Origin: Macrostomum lignano
Lineage: Eukaryota
Assembly: GCA_002269645.1 (NCBI GenBank)
Contig: NIVC01002132.1
Location: 62,001 to 126,000, forward strand
Length of the DNA stretch: 64,000 bases
Direction: 5' to 3'
Positions 13,601 to 25,649 of this stretch are shown in pieces. The translations under genes were made by a program, and so were the position numbers. The notes below the pieces were generated by a model that was not told where the DNA came from, ran no database searches, and was given only the letters and a program-made list of their open reading frames with translations. The stretch's first letter is position 1; each line of letters starts with the position of its first letter.

Positions 13601-16600
13601 ACAGTGTATTTATATTGAAAATACGAGTTCCACGTACATTAAAAGTATTTGTTAAAAGCAGTGAACATGTATCATACTTGTATTTGTTAAAATGCATTGT
13701 TAAAATTGTACGAGCAGTTAAAATAGGGTTGTATAAAAGCTGGACATGTATTGGACACACTATTAAATGTTAAAATGTGGTTCAATGAGGTCCATTTATT
13801 TCACTACTTGTAGAGGTCAAGTAGATTTTTCAACTTATTAATATTATTATAAGCATGAACTTGAAAAATTAAAAAAATCATAAGACCTCTTGATTTGATA
13901 GGTAGGAATAAATAGTAAAAAGTTAATAAATCAGTTTTAAACTTTTTTACTTTGTGAAGGCAATTGAATAGTTTTCAAATTCAATATAAACTATACTCCC
14001 AAGGATATGTTTTTATTTAGGGGAAATTCTTGTATGCAGCAAGGTCCCAAGCAGTCTAGTACTGTGTGCACAATATGTATCCCATAGTCCAGATCATGGC
14101 AAGCATATGCTAGAATTAAAATTCATGTTTTTTTCAATTTTACATAGATATAAATTTTAAAAGAAATTTTATGCCAAGCCTAGAGTTGTTTGTATGCCAT
14201 TTTTAGAGAATGTATATTCTCAGAAATAAAAGAGCTTTATTCAACTTTAACACAGCTATTCTTTGCTAAAACAGATATTCTTTGTTTTATTTTGTATTTC
14301 TCATAAAATTGCATTAATATTTTTTATTTTGGTTTCCTATTATTTTTAAAATGGCTTTTGTTGGTTGATATTTAACTAAAGGTTTACAATAGGCCTAGCC
14401 TTGAACTCGGCTAGCCTTGTACGCTGACTTTGTATACTTTATGTTGAACCTAAAAATTCGATATACCAAGTGTACGCCAAGATTGTCAGCAAAAGCAAAA
14501 ATACGCCGGAATTTTCTAGCATAAAGGCCACCTTCTAGACTATGGTATATATCAAGGAGTTGATAAAGTTTTTTAGCCTACTTTGCATAGCAGTACAACA
14601 TATAAAAAAATAAAAATTGTTTTGCACCATAATCAAAGCTACCATAGTTCAGAACAGTCTGTATATACCCGGGAAAATGATCAATTTTTTTGGTTTAAGG
14701 GCCAATGCCGATGTGTATGCCAAACATTAGGCCTACCTTATTCAAAGATTCAAATTGTAAATTTTGTAAAGGTAATACTAGACTAATGATTTTGATTTGG
14801 AATTTTAGTTAAATACGTAATAAAAAATAGTATTAATATAATGTTTCATGTACAATATATAAATAACAGAAACAAAAGCAGTAATTTTTTGTTAAAAATA
14901 AAAATTGTTATCTTATAAAAAATGGAAATTGAGTATTGTATATAAATGTTATGAGAGACAAATAATTTTAGTATCTAAAAAGCAAATAAATGTAAGTAGG
15001 TAGCAAAAAGGCTTGATTTTTGCAATATAAAAAGGTCCTTTATTGCTGCAATGCAAAAAAATCTTTATTGTCGCAGCGTCTCAACTTGCAACCCTTCTCC
15101 CAGGGTCTATTGGTGTACACTTAGTAGATTTGATCCAACCCTCCCGCGTGTAGCATGCAGAGCAAAAAAGATCTCCTGTACACAGTGCATACTTGGAACA
15201 ATATAATATAAAAGAACTTAACTTTCAATGAAAATGGCTAAAAAACTCCATGGGTTCTTAGACATTTTGGTAACAAGATATTTCAGTAACCACTTTTTGG
15301 TGACAATTCTTTATTCAAATTTTAGTGTCTATTGATTAGGGTCTTACTAAGTCAAGCAAGCAAATTAAATAAAAATTATAATGTTTTTCTTAACTATTAT
15401 CCATAAACAAAAATGGTTTGTCAATACGCATATCTAGATATCTATATGATTGTTCAGAAAAAATGGATCAACCAATTTTTAACTGATTTTTTAATACATT
15501 GATTTGTTTTATTATTATGTTACAATCAGATTTTTAACTTATATTTCAAGTTTAACGAAAATAGCCTAATGGCCTATTCAAGTGTAGCTATAATAAACTT
15601 AGTAAAAAATCAATATAGAACTATTAAGTATAGCAAGTTTTATATATCACTTCCTGTTGATAAATATAATTTCTTATAGATATAATAATTTTAAATTGTT
15701 ATCAAAACATATTTTCACTAAAATGTCCAGGGACTCTCTTTGTCCCTAGGGATCCATAATTAGGAAAGTGGCATAGCATACACTAAAGTGAGTTTTTGAG
15801 AAACAATATTTATGTTTCTTTATACCAATTGTCCTAAATGAACATTATTTCAATGTGTTCTTTCTGTGCACTATTTCAAAATTATCAAATATATTTATAG
15901 ACTTTGAAGTCTTAATATAAGAGAATTTTAGTTTTAATGTCTAATTAGGATCAGATTTTTGTATCTTTAAAAACCAATTACTTATTATGAAATTCTAAAT
16001 AATATAAAAATAAATATTTTATCCCTAATTTTTTTAAAGATATAGAGAATCTTTAGACTGACTTATATCTATAGAAAATAGTTTATTTTCCTAAAGTAGG
16101 GCCTACTTCATTTAGATAAAACTAACGGGATATTGTACTTGTGGAATGTTTTTATCTGGTACAAAATTGATAGTTTGCTAATGTTCAAGTTTCTATAACA
16201 AAGAAAAGTAAGGCTGTATTGGTTTAGTATACTCTTGCTTTTTCTAATGCAGTTTACCTTATGATTGCAATAAGGTAAAGCACCTAAGGGCCTTTAATCT
16301 AAGATAAATAATCTAAATTATAACACTTCAAGTTAGTATATAACACTAGTTTATATGTAAACTATCACAAACATGATTATGAAAATAAGTATATGTACTA
16401 AAAATATTATAATAAACTTCTGAATGATAATAAAAAATGTATAATAAACCTTTTTTGTATGTCAAATCTAGCTTAGCCAATGAGAAAGCAATAACAAGAG
16501 GTCAAAGTTAGACAAATCAGTAAGAGGAAGTTTAACTGTTTATTGGCCTGTCTATGTGGCTAGGGACTGGGGCACCATTTATTTTCTTTCTTGCTCTATG

Positions 16601-16775
16601 TTATAAATAGGATAAAGGCTCATTTATTGAGTTTCTGTGTTTTAACAGGTGCCTTTTTAGCCAATTGAATTTAAGGTTCATTAAAAATTAAGTAGGCCCA
16701 AGGTCTTATATATTTTAAAGCCTGTTTTCTTATAACCTCAAATCACCAATCTGCACCTGCAGCAGGCCGAGCAGC

Positions 16776-19700
16776 ATGAGCGCTGGGCAGGCAGTTGGTC
16801 ACGACGGCCCAGCGGCCGCTCTGCCCGGCTACTCAGCACAGAATCTGCCGCCAACAACAGCAGACTTGTCTGTTGTTGATGCCGCTTTGAACAATCTGCA
16901 CCCAACAATTGAGAATGATGCGGATGTATTCGCCAGCCTGACTGACCCTGCAGGAGCTGCTGCCGCCGCTGCTATGCCCGCTGTTGAAGAGGCTCCAGCA
17001 GCTGATCCAGGAGGCCTAGCCGAGTCGCAGCTGCTCAGCCCGTCCTCGCTGCCCTGCTCCTCGTCCGCCTCCGGCCAGTCTGCGACTGGCGGCGCCGCCG
17101 GCGGCACCATCGGCTTAGTGAAACCGGCAGCTGGCGGTGGCGGAGTCGGCAGCGCCGCTGTGTTGTCGGTCACCGCACCGGCGGGCCACTCGCAGGCCGG
17201 CTCAGATTCTGTTGAGCCGCCAGTCGGCAGGCCGCTAGAAAGGTTGGCATGCGCAATTTGCTCTACTGTCAGTAGGGCGATGCAAAAGTATAAAATTTAT
17301 CATTAAAATATACGAGCTCGTAGATATAAAACTAAAGATGAAAATTACTAAAAATTAAGCATGACTGAACGCACCCTATGGGGTCCGTACTCCGTGGCCC
17401 AGCGGCCCATCCTCGATTCCAAGTGCAGTCACATTAATTTTGGGCTAAATTGGAATCTCGGCTTGACTCTGCTCGTGCAATTAACGGCCTTGAGGGCCAA
17501 ACCCCCAAGGCACAGGGAAGTGTACATGCTAGGGCAGCTGTACACTCCTGTGGTGAGTGTGTGCCTGTGCGTATGACTGCGTACGTATCCGCGCGCTTGT
17601 GTGCCTGCTCAGGGGAGTCGGCGGAATGGGCAGTCATGTCTCGCCGGTTGTGTGACAAATAAAGAGACACCCGATGCCGAAACGGTATCCAGTTTTCTTC
17701 AGCGATGGATGCCAGCTAAGCCTGTTAGTTTATATTATTATTTTAGAAATTGGAAACCATTAAAATATCTCAGCTTCTTTACCTTTTTAACAAAATATTT
17801 CTAACGCTCTTTCTAACTTATCTTCACCATTCCCGCCTCTCAGCTCCCTGACCAAGCGGCAGCGGCACGACCTCTCCTTAATTGGCAGCTGTCCCAGGTG
17901 CGAACGCTTCAAACAGCAGGTGGCTTTAGACGAGAATGGCGAGCTTGTGCCGGGGTCCAGCACTTTGCCGGAGTATCTGGCTGAAGGACTGGACATGATT
18001 GTGGTGCGTACCATGTATTTTGCCTTTGTTGCACCGGTGAACTTCTTGACATGCTGCTATATTTGCCAATAGAAGTCACTGACGAGTAATTTTAGCATTC
18101 TAAGAAAGATTCATCCACCTAACAATGTGAGCACTGAGATTCACTGACCCAAAAATGTGAGCACTGAGATTCACTGACCCAAAAATGTGAGCACTAAAAT
18201 TCACTGACCCAAAAATGTGAGCCCTGAGATTCACTGACCCAAAATTGTGAGCCCTGAGATTCGCTGACCAAAAAATGTGAGTCCTGAGATTCTCCAACCC
18301 AAAAATGTGAGCACTAAAATTCACTGACCCAAAAATGTAAGTCCTGAGATTCTCCAACCCAAAAATGTGAGCACTAAAATTCACTGACCCAAAAATGTGA
18401 GCCCTGAGATTCACTGACCCAAAATTGTGAGCCCTGAGATTCACTGACCCAAAATTGTGAGCACTAAGATTCAATTACCCAAAAATGTGAGCACTGAGAT
18501 TCACTGACCCAAAATTGTGAGCCCTCGGGGTCGCTAATTCACAGTCCACAATGCTGGCAACCCACAGATCGGCATCAACCCCAGCATCACCTCAGCCTTT
18601 GTTGGCCATCACTACGCTGGGCCTGGCAACCATTTCTGGTCGTGCGTAAGCGAAAGCGGCCTCATTCCGGAGCCCATGACGTGTCACGACGATGACAGAA
18701 TGCTGCAGTTTGGCGTCGGTCTGACCAATGTTTGCACCAGGCCGACTAAGGGAGCTGCGGAGCTCACTAGGTGAGGAGCACTGTCTGCATATTGATTGAT
18801 CTTCTACATTTTACACTTATTAATGAATTGAGTCTTCGCAGTGAGATACCGGTTTGTAGCCTAGTGGTCAGAGCGTCGAACTCGCGACTTGAAGGTCAGA
18901 GGTTCGATTCCCGTTCCCACTCGTGCCCTTGAGTGAGACACTTAACTCTGCATTGCTTCAGTTCACCCTGCTGTAAAATGGCTGCCAGCATTAGCTGGAG
19001 TAACTGAGGGTGTGTGGCGAACCCGCAGTTTTTCGACTGAACAGCCGTACGCAGAGCTAGTTAGAGACAGGGGCCTGTGTGCACCCTGGCGCACTTTAAG
19101 CGACATTGGCACACAACCGGCGAGAGGCATTACTGCCCATTCCGCCGACTCCCCTGAGCAGGCATACAAGCGTGCGGATACGTACGCAGGCACACACTCA
19201 CACAGGAGTGTACAGCGGCCCTAACTTTATTTATCGTTAGGCATGTACACTTCACTGTGCCTTGGGGGTTGGATCTCAAGGACGTTAATTGCACAACCAG
19301 AGCCAAGCCGAGATTCCAATTCAGCCCCAAATTAATGTGACTGCACTTGGAATCGAGCCTGGGCCGCCACCACTGGGCTTCCCAGATTTTCCCAGTTAGA
19401 AATTTTGTTTTTTGCTTTAAAATCAGACTAGATGTGATGCTTTTCTTTGACTTGTCATTCCTGCAAGTCGCTTACAACCAATCGCATTGAAATCTATTTC
19501 CAGAAAAGAAATGAAGGAAGGCGTTGAAAGCCTGCTGGTGAAGTTAAAGCGCTACAAACCGAAAATTGCCGTCTTCAATGGCAAAGGTGAGCTGGCATTA
19601 CGGTAGATGCTTATTTTAGTTATAGTTTAAGTTCCGCCATAGCTACGGTTACGGATATGGTTACGGAAACACATATTTTAAAGCTCTTGTGAGAAGGACT

Positions 19701-21292
19701 CCTAAATCCAAGCAACAGAGTTTTTGGTTGGGGTGGGGGTGGTGGCCTGGTGGGGCAAAAGTTAAGGTAAATGCATTTCCAGAATTCTTCTACAATACAT
19801 GAGACGCCATTAGAAGTTGTGGCAAGTTACGGGAAATTAATCACCTACGGCTAGGAATACGAGAAAAATGAAAAATTATAACTTATGGTTCTATCATATA
19901 GGCTAGGGTCAACTGGGGTGATTTTAGTTAGAAAAAACAATGGAGTTTTAGTGCCGGTCGTTAAAAAGCGCTGTCGATTTATGATACATGTACTTTTAAT
20001 ATACTGGTGTACTTTTAATGTACTGGTGTACTTTTAGTGTACTGATGTACTTTTACTAGTGCACTTTTAATGATACGCTAAACTTGTGGCTTCTTTAGTA
20101 GTTAGGCTCTCTCGTTGAAACTCAGAACCAAGACCCAGTAAATCAATTTAACACACATTTTCACTTGCCAGGCATCTATGAAGCATTTGTTGGCAACAAG
20201 AATTTCTACATGGGCAAGCAGCCCGAGCGACTGCCTGGCACAGACATTGTGGTGTTTGTTATGCCCTCGTCTAGCGCCCGCTGCGCACAGTTGCCGCGCG
20301 CCGCCGACAAGCTGCCATTCTATCTGGCGCTGAGGAAACTCCGCGACCACGTGGTTGGCCTGTCGATTGGCGCCCTGAACGACGCCGAGGTGGTGTTCAC
20401 CGACTACACGGAGATGCGGGTCACCCAGCCGGATCCCAAGAGCGTCAGGAAAGCCGAACGGCGACGCAAACGGAAGGCCGAAGCCGCAGCCGCCGCCGCC
20501 GATGGGCAGGGCGGCGGGGAGGCGCCGGCGACTGCTCCAGCCGCTGCCGTTGCTAATTCAGCAGCGCCGGCTCGCGCCACCAAATCTGGAGGCAAGTCCC
20601 GGTCAAAAGCCCAGCAACAGCAGCAGCAGCAACAGCAACAACAACAACAGCAACAACTGCAACTGCAACAACAGCAGCAGTTGCAGCAGCAGCAATTATT
20701 GCAGCAGCAGCTTCAACAACAACAACAGCAGCAGCAGCAGCAGCAAATGATGGGAACTACTCTGCTGAGAACAGTAAAAATGGACTCCACTGCGCAGCCT
20801 ACAGTCACAACGGGAACAGGGGGTGGCATTGCGCTGGGCGGGCCTGGCGGAACTCAATACGCCCTGCTCACTCAGCAGCCCGGCCAGCCCTACGAGTGGC
20901 AGATCTACCAGCCTACTGTGTACTACCAGCTGGCCACCGATCAGCAGAGTCCGTATTTTAGGCCGCAGTTTCTTTTACCGGAAGCCGCTACTGATGGCCA
21001 GCAGCAGCCGCAGCCTCAGCAGCTGCAGCCTCAGCAGCTCCAGCCTCAACAGCAGCTCCAGCCGCAGCAACTCCAACCGCAGCAGCAGATGCAGCCGCAG
21101 CAACAGCAACAGCTTCTTCAGCAGCAACAGCAGCAGCTTGGCTTCGCTAATTTGCTGCTATTGGATTCTTCGCAGCTGGCCGCCTCAATGCCGGGCGTTA
21201 CTCTGGTCTCCTCCGCTTCCGCTACCGTTGCGGCCGCCTCCGCTGGGCCTCACGATCGCCAGCAGCAGCAGCTGACCTATACATCCTTGTGA
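16776..21292 (+). CDS. TDG: G/T mismatch-specific thymine DNA glycosylase (TDG/MUG family) with Ala-rich N-terminus and poly-Q C-terminus
   Basis: Exons 16776-17242, 17844-18003, 18568-18770, 19504-19586, 20172-21292; all GT-AG and phase-consistent. Motifs: TLPEYLAEGLDMIV-IGINP (catalytic Asn), GHHYAGPGNHFW, KPKIAVFNGK, VMPSSSARCAQLPRAADK (Arg-finger loop). Confidence 0.95.
17401..17654 (-). mobile_element. 5'-truncated copy of the SINE body, reverse orientation, in TDG intron 1
   Basis: Reverse complement aligns along its length with 19111-19367 (e.g. GATTCCAAGTGCAGTCACATTAATTT and TGCTCAGGGGAGTCGGCGGAATGGGCAGT). Confidence 0.8.
18100..18525. repeat. Minisatellite, 30-bp unit (CA)CTGAGATTCACTGACCCAAAAATGTGAG, in TDG intron 2
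   Basis: About 14 tandem units are visible. Confidence 0.97.
18822..18851 (-). other. Spliced-leader exon-like relic
   Basis: Minus strand reads CGGTATCTCACTGCGAAGACTCAATTCATT. The Macrostomum SL as recalled is CGGTCTCTTACTGCGAAGACTCAATTTATT(GCATG), a 27/30 match. There is no terminal ATG/GT donor, so this is not an intact SL RNA gene. Confidence 0.6.
18852..19370 (+). mobile_element. tRNA-derived SINE with CORE(MIR)-like central domain, in TDG intron 3
   Basis: Pol III box A TAGCCTAGTGG (18857-18867) and box B GGTTCGATTCC (18901-18911), followed by GTGCCCTTGAGTGAGACACTTAACTCT...CTTCAGTTCACCCTGCTGTAAAATGG, resembling the MIR core (GTGACCTTGGGCAAGTCACTTAAC...CTCAGTTTCCTCATCTGTAAAATGG). The 3' part is repeated at 17401-17654. 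Confidence 0.75.
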
Positions 21293-23153
21293 CTGTAATA
21301 AGAATCTCTTAATATAGCCGTTGACTGGGCAGTTGAAGGAAGTCAAATCGGCCTCTCCCAAGTCTTTATAACGCTCCTCTAGAGCTGGATTGTTCACTTA
21401 GCTGCCCCAATAATTTCTATTTGTTTCCGCTTTCTATTCTGTTTGTGGTGTCGACTTCAGACTATCTGTAAATAGGAGGTGCGAAGCCCCTGTAGAATTT
21501 TTTTAGCATAAAAACGATTTTTTAATATATATATAAATTTATTGCTAGTTTCGTGCGCGATTACTATCAGTAATAAAAAAGTGTTTGTTGTCACAAAATC
21601 ACTCGCACAGCAGATCTGTTCCTAGTCAAACCGTGTGCGGTTATGTAGCCTGTACATATATACAAATGACTTTTTTAGTGATTTTGTCATCGCAGAGCTC
21701 GTCTGCTTTTTTTAAATCATTTTTCGCTAACTCCATCTACTCCCCCATATCCTCCCCGCCTCCGGGGCAGCGGGGCCTGCGGCAGCTGATTCGATCCCAC
21801 TGATATATATATAGTTGATATAATATATGCATATATACCTGCCTGTACATACACACGTACTAATATAAGCTGTTTGTGTGGCGCTATTGTCACACACTGC
21901 TTATTTGTTTAGAACTCGCACAATTTTTATTTCGGCAACAATACAGCCTCGTTTCCGTCATGCTTTGGTGTTTTGCCATCTGTTCTCTATATTATAAGTT
22001 TAAAATTATTTCTTTTTGATTTCATGGTCATTTCAGCTTAGCATAAAAATGCACAATATTTATTTAATCTACATTTATTTACTCAACTGCGCTAGGTTAC
22101 CTTTTTGTAGATTTGTCCTCAAAAAAATTAGATATACACTTCTATACATCTAACAGCTTTGCTTAACGTTTTATGTATAAAGTCGTCCGTCTCCCCGTCC
22201 CAGCTTCTGCTTTGCTGCTTTTCTGTTGTCTCCCCTCCCTCTCCATATCTGTTGCTAAGCTGCTCTGCGAGTGTAGATTCCGAAATCCGTTCTTTTGTTT
22301 GTCTTCTCTGCTTTTTTCTTTGCTTTTTTTTCAACTTCGCTTGCTGCTTCAGCACCCTCATCCGCTTATATTGGACTGTGTGGTTTCCTCGCACGTACTG
22401 TATTGTATTATTGTTTTTAATTATATCATTACTATGATTATTACTATTTAACTCCGCGCTATATAAAACCAGCAAAAAAATACAATTTTACGATGTGCGT
22501 TTATTAGCAGTTTTCTGTCTGTTATATTCATAACAATTATACCGTTAAGAGTAAAATTAACGAACTCGAGCGTTTCCTTATTGGCTTGTTGAATTTAAAA
22601 GGGATTTCCGTATCCAGTCAATATGACAGCCTCCGGAATGTTGTCCAGCAATTCAAGAAATATCTCTTTTATTCGCGTACGCTACTCGTAATGCAAAGCA
22701 CAAACAGCTGCAAAACAAATGTAGAAATGTGTTCTTCGATAAATTTTCAAATGTTTTTTTTTGGCTCTGGGCATGCCTTCTCAGATTTGTGAGCAGAAGT
22801 TGGGTAGGCCGGAACGGGCAGGCAAATAAAAAACAATTGTTGTCTATATAGTCTGCACTTGGTAAAAACTGTGTCAAAGCAAGTGAGCAACCAATTGAAT
22901 CCATTGAGCGCAAAATTGAAGCATTTACAAGCCAACTCGTTGCCAAATATTGATATAACTACACTTTGTGAGGCAAGAAATTTATTGGAAATAATACATG
23001 CTCGATTGATTCAAATGTTTGCTGCGATTGTAATAGAAATAGGAACACGATCCATCCAATTGTCACCGTCTTTTCCAGACTGACTGACTGACAATAATTT
23101 TTTTCAGAAAATCAATGAATGGAATTTTGTATCGAACTTTCCTTAGTCTATAG

Positions 23154-23596
23154 TCCATAGACTGTAGTCACCCGAAGTAACCCCATGTCTATGGCAATGA
23201 GGTGTCATTTTTTAATATATATAAAACATTTGCTTCTTTATCGAAAGGCTTCAGTGCCATAGACATATCTAAAGCAGGCACGAGCGGCCTTTCCTAGAAT
23301 TTCCACCATTCGCGAGTGAACGTCCTGAGTTGTTATAAAAACTTGCCTCAGAATTTACAACCTCTATTTGACTGCAGTTTTAGGCGCTTATAACCGTTCC
23401 CGACGGATAGGCCGAAAACAGCCATAGACAGTTTTCAAATTTACGATCATAAATGTTGCTGCTACCACCGTTCCCGCCTAGATGAAGGAATGAAATTCTA
23501 TTGATTATAAATATGGTTATATATAGCAGTCAGTAGTCCTTATACATACTCGTAATATTTATATGGCCGTTTTCGGCCTCTAGTCGTCGGGAACGG
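23154..23596. repeat. Cluster of short inverted repeats (MITE-like relics)
   Basis: ATGTCTATGGCA (23185-23196) / TGCCATAGACAT (23255-23266), and about 33-bp imperfect arms CCGTTCCCGACG..GGCCGAAAACAGCCATA (23394-23425) / 23562-23596. Confidence 0.5.
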
Positions 23597-23790
23597 CTGT
23601 GGTAAAAAATCCAACAAATCTGGCCCATAGAGATTGATTTTATGCCGTCTAGCTTGGAGGTAGACAGAATGGACGAAAACGGCCATCCGTCTGCCTATGG
23701 TTAAAATCGCATTGAAAAATCTGAACACTATAAATGGATTCTTGTAGGTACACCATCATAAGGTACATGGTTCAAGTCATTCAACGCCAA

Positions 23791-25649
23791 CTACTGGTAC
23801 AGCGAAGAAAATGACGGCATGTCGGGTATCTTTATATCGCGCAGCTTCTGCGACAGATTCATGTCCCGAACAGTGGAGACCGCTCGATTCGGCATCGCGC
23901 TGAAGCCGGATTCTGACTTCTGCAACTTCTGCTGCTCTTCGAACCTTTGGGACCGGTGATGGAAGGCGATATTGTGATGCTCACCATCAGCATGCACTGA
24001 CATAGCACTAGGATTTTAGCGGTAGAACTACCTTGAAAATATTTTTGCTGCGCTGGAACAGAGCAACGCAAACACGCGAAATTCGAGAACACGAACTAAC
24101 TTTTTGTTGCGCATCTCAAACAAAAATCACGTCGCCAGACTTCCGGAATGTCGAGATATTTGACGATTCTGCCACAAGGTCTGATTCAGTATCAGTACAC
24201 CCCTGTGCGCCAATTAGCACTGCGTCTCAGTGCAGCCTTGCCAAGCCTCCAAATTTTATCAACATGCCGACCACATGTGTCTGCATCAGCTCTGGCTTTG
24301 CTGATCACTGGTCTTCACCCAGAGGGAGCTTCTGGACATCCGACAGATTGCACCAGGTGACTATGTACCCTGTTGCGAACTTCTCTATAATCGCTAATCA
24401 ATCAAGCCTCAACAGTGGATAAACCTCAGCTGCTAGGTGTTCTCAAATAGTCAACTTAGACATTTATTCGTCATCCAAACGCAATCGGATAAAGATGACT
24501 ATAATTAATATTTGGCTTATATAAACGTAATATAGATACTAAGGTATTGCCACTCACTGTAATTTAATTATTAATACTCCTCTGATGTCATCTGCTGAAG
24601 GTGCCTACGGCGTCGCGATGGTGATGGAATGCTTGAGAGCCTAGCTGAGGTTGTTCAGCAGTTGAGGTTTGCTCACCGTCCAGGCTTGATCAGAGACATA
24701 GGAGAAATTCGCAATAAAGTTTCTATAGTCACCTGGTGCCACCTGTTCAAGGTCCAGAAGCTCCGCCTGGGTGAAGGCCAGTGACTAACGAAGTCAGCTG
24801 ATGCAGACACATCTGGTCGACGTGGTGATGAAATTTGGAGGCTTGGGAAGGCCGCACTGAGGCGCAGTGCTGATTGGCGCATAGCGTTAATGGGAAAAAT
24901 CCGACCTTCTGGCAGAATTGTTGAATATCTCGACGGTCCGGAGGGCTGGCGACCTGATTCTTGTTTGAGAAGGTGCGCAACGGTCTTAAATTTCGTGTAC
25001 CTGCATTGCTCCGTCTGGCGCAGCAAAAAAATTGTCAGGGGGATCCCTGGTAGTTCGACGGGCGGAAAAATGGCTTGGTATTCCTACTGTTAACATTCAA
25101 AATATTTCAACTGTTTCTGTTGCTTTTAGATTGCTGGGATTTGACACTTGAAAATGGCACCCGACAGTCTGATGGGAGAATTTCCCCACTTTGGTTGTTC
25201 AACTATTGAAAGATGCTAGGACTCCCTTACCTGGCCACAATCTCGTTCATATTGGTCTCCAGCACCATGCCACCCATCACCAGCTCATTCAGTATGAAAT
25301 GCACCCTATCCATGTGAAAGATCAGATCGAGCTCGCACACATTCTCGAAGCACTTATCCAGCGTCTCTACAAACACCTGGATAAGATCGAGGATGCCCAG
25401 CTCGGACTCGGATGAGTCCACGCAGAACACAAAGTACAGCGTGGCATAGTGGCGATAGATGAGCCGATAGTCTTGCCCACCAATCAGGGTGCCTCCCTCA
25501 AGAAAATTGCAGACATTGTCGTCGCGCTTAGAGACTAGTTGGAAGGTTTCACGAATCACCTGTTGCTGCTCATCCTCCGCATAGTGCATGTAGAACTTGG
25601 TGAGGCGCGGCTTGCCATGGTTGTTGAATATGAGAATCGCCTTAATCAT
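23791..25649 (-). CDS. AP3S: AP-3 complex subunit sigma (about 190 aa, two exons)
   Basis: Exon 1 is 25649-25231 (MIKAILIFNNHGKPRL...YRHYATLYFVFCVDSSESELGILDLIQVFVETLDKCFENVCELDLIFH), donor CAG|GTAAGG. Exon 2 is 23944-23791 (FEEQQKLQKSESGFSAMPNRAVSTVRDMNL...), matching the recalled AP3S C-terminus (QNKLEKSEAGLAGAPARAVSAVKNMNL). Phase 2 at both sides. Confidence 0.95.
24131..24953. repeat. Diverged inverted repeat pair (arms 24131-24446 and 24633-24953) in the AP3S intron
   Basis: Collinear reverse-complement similarity across about 320 bp (e.g. GTGTCTGCATCAGCT/AGCTGATGCAGACAC, CACCAGGTGACTAT/ATAGTCACCTGGTG, GCCTCCAAATTT/AAATTTGGAGGC). Confidence 0.85.

Noticed and set aside
15000-15200. piggyBac Cys-rich C-terminal relic on the minus strand (GCKLRRCDNKDFLHCSN...)
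   Set aside because: Key cysteines are missing, there are stops nearby and no TIR/TTAA support; too weak to call.
17660-17725. Extra TDG exon (NKETPDAETVSSFLQRWMPAKP|GTTAGT)
   Set aside because: No convincing acceptor, and exon 1 already joins exon 2 in phase without it.
18852-18925. Functional tRNA gene
   Set aside because: Boxes A and B are present, but I could not form an acceptor stem or cloverleaf, and it continues into a repeated SINE body.
22128-23083. Short ORFs between TDG and AP3S (115, 97, 74 aa) as a gene or GPCR fragment
   Set aside because: No consistent splice framework or recognisable motif; the similarity is impressionistic only.
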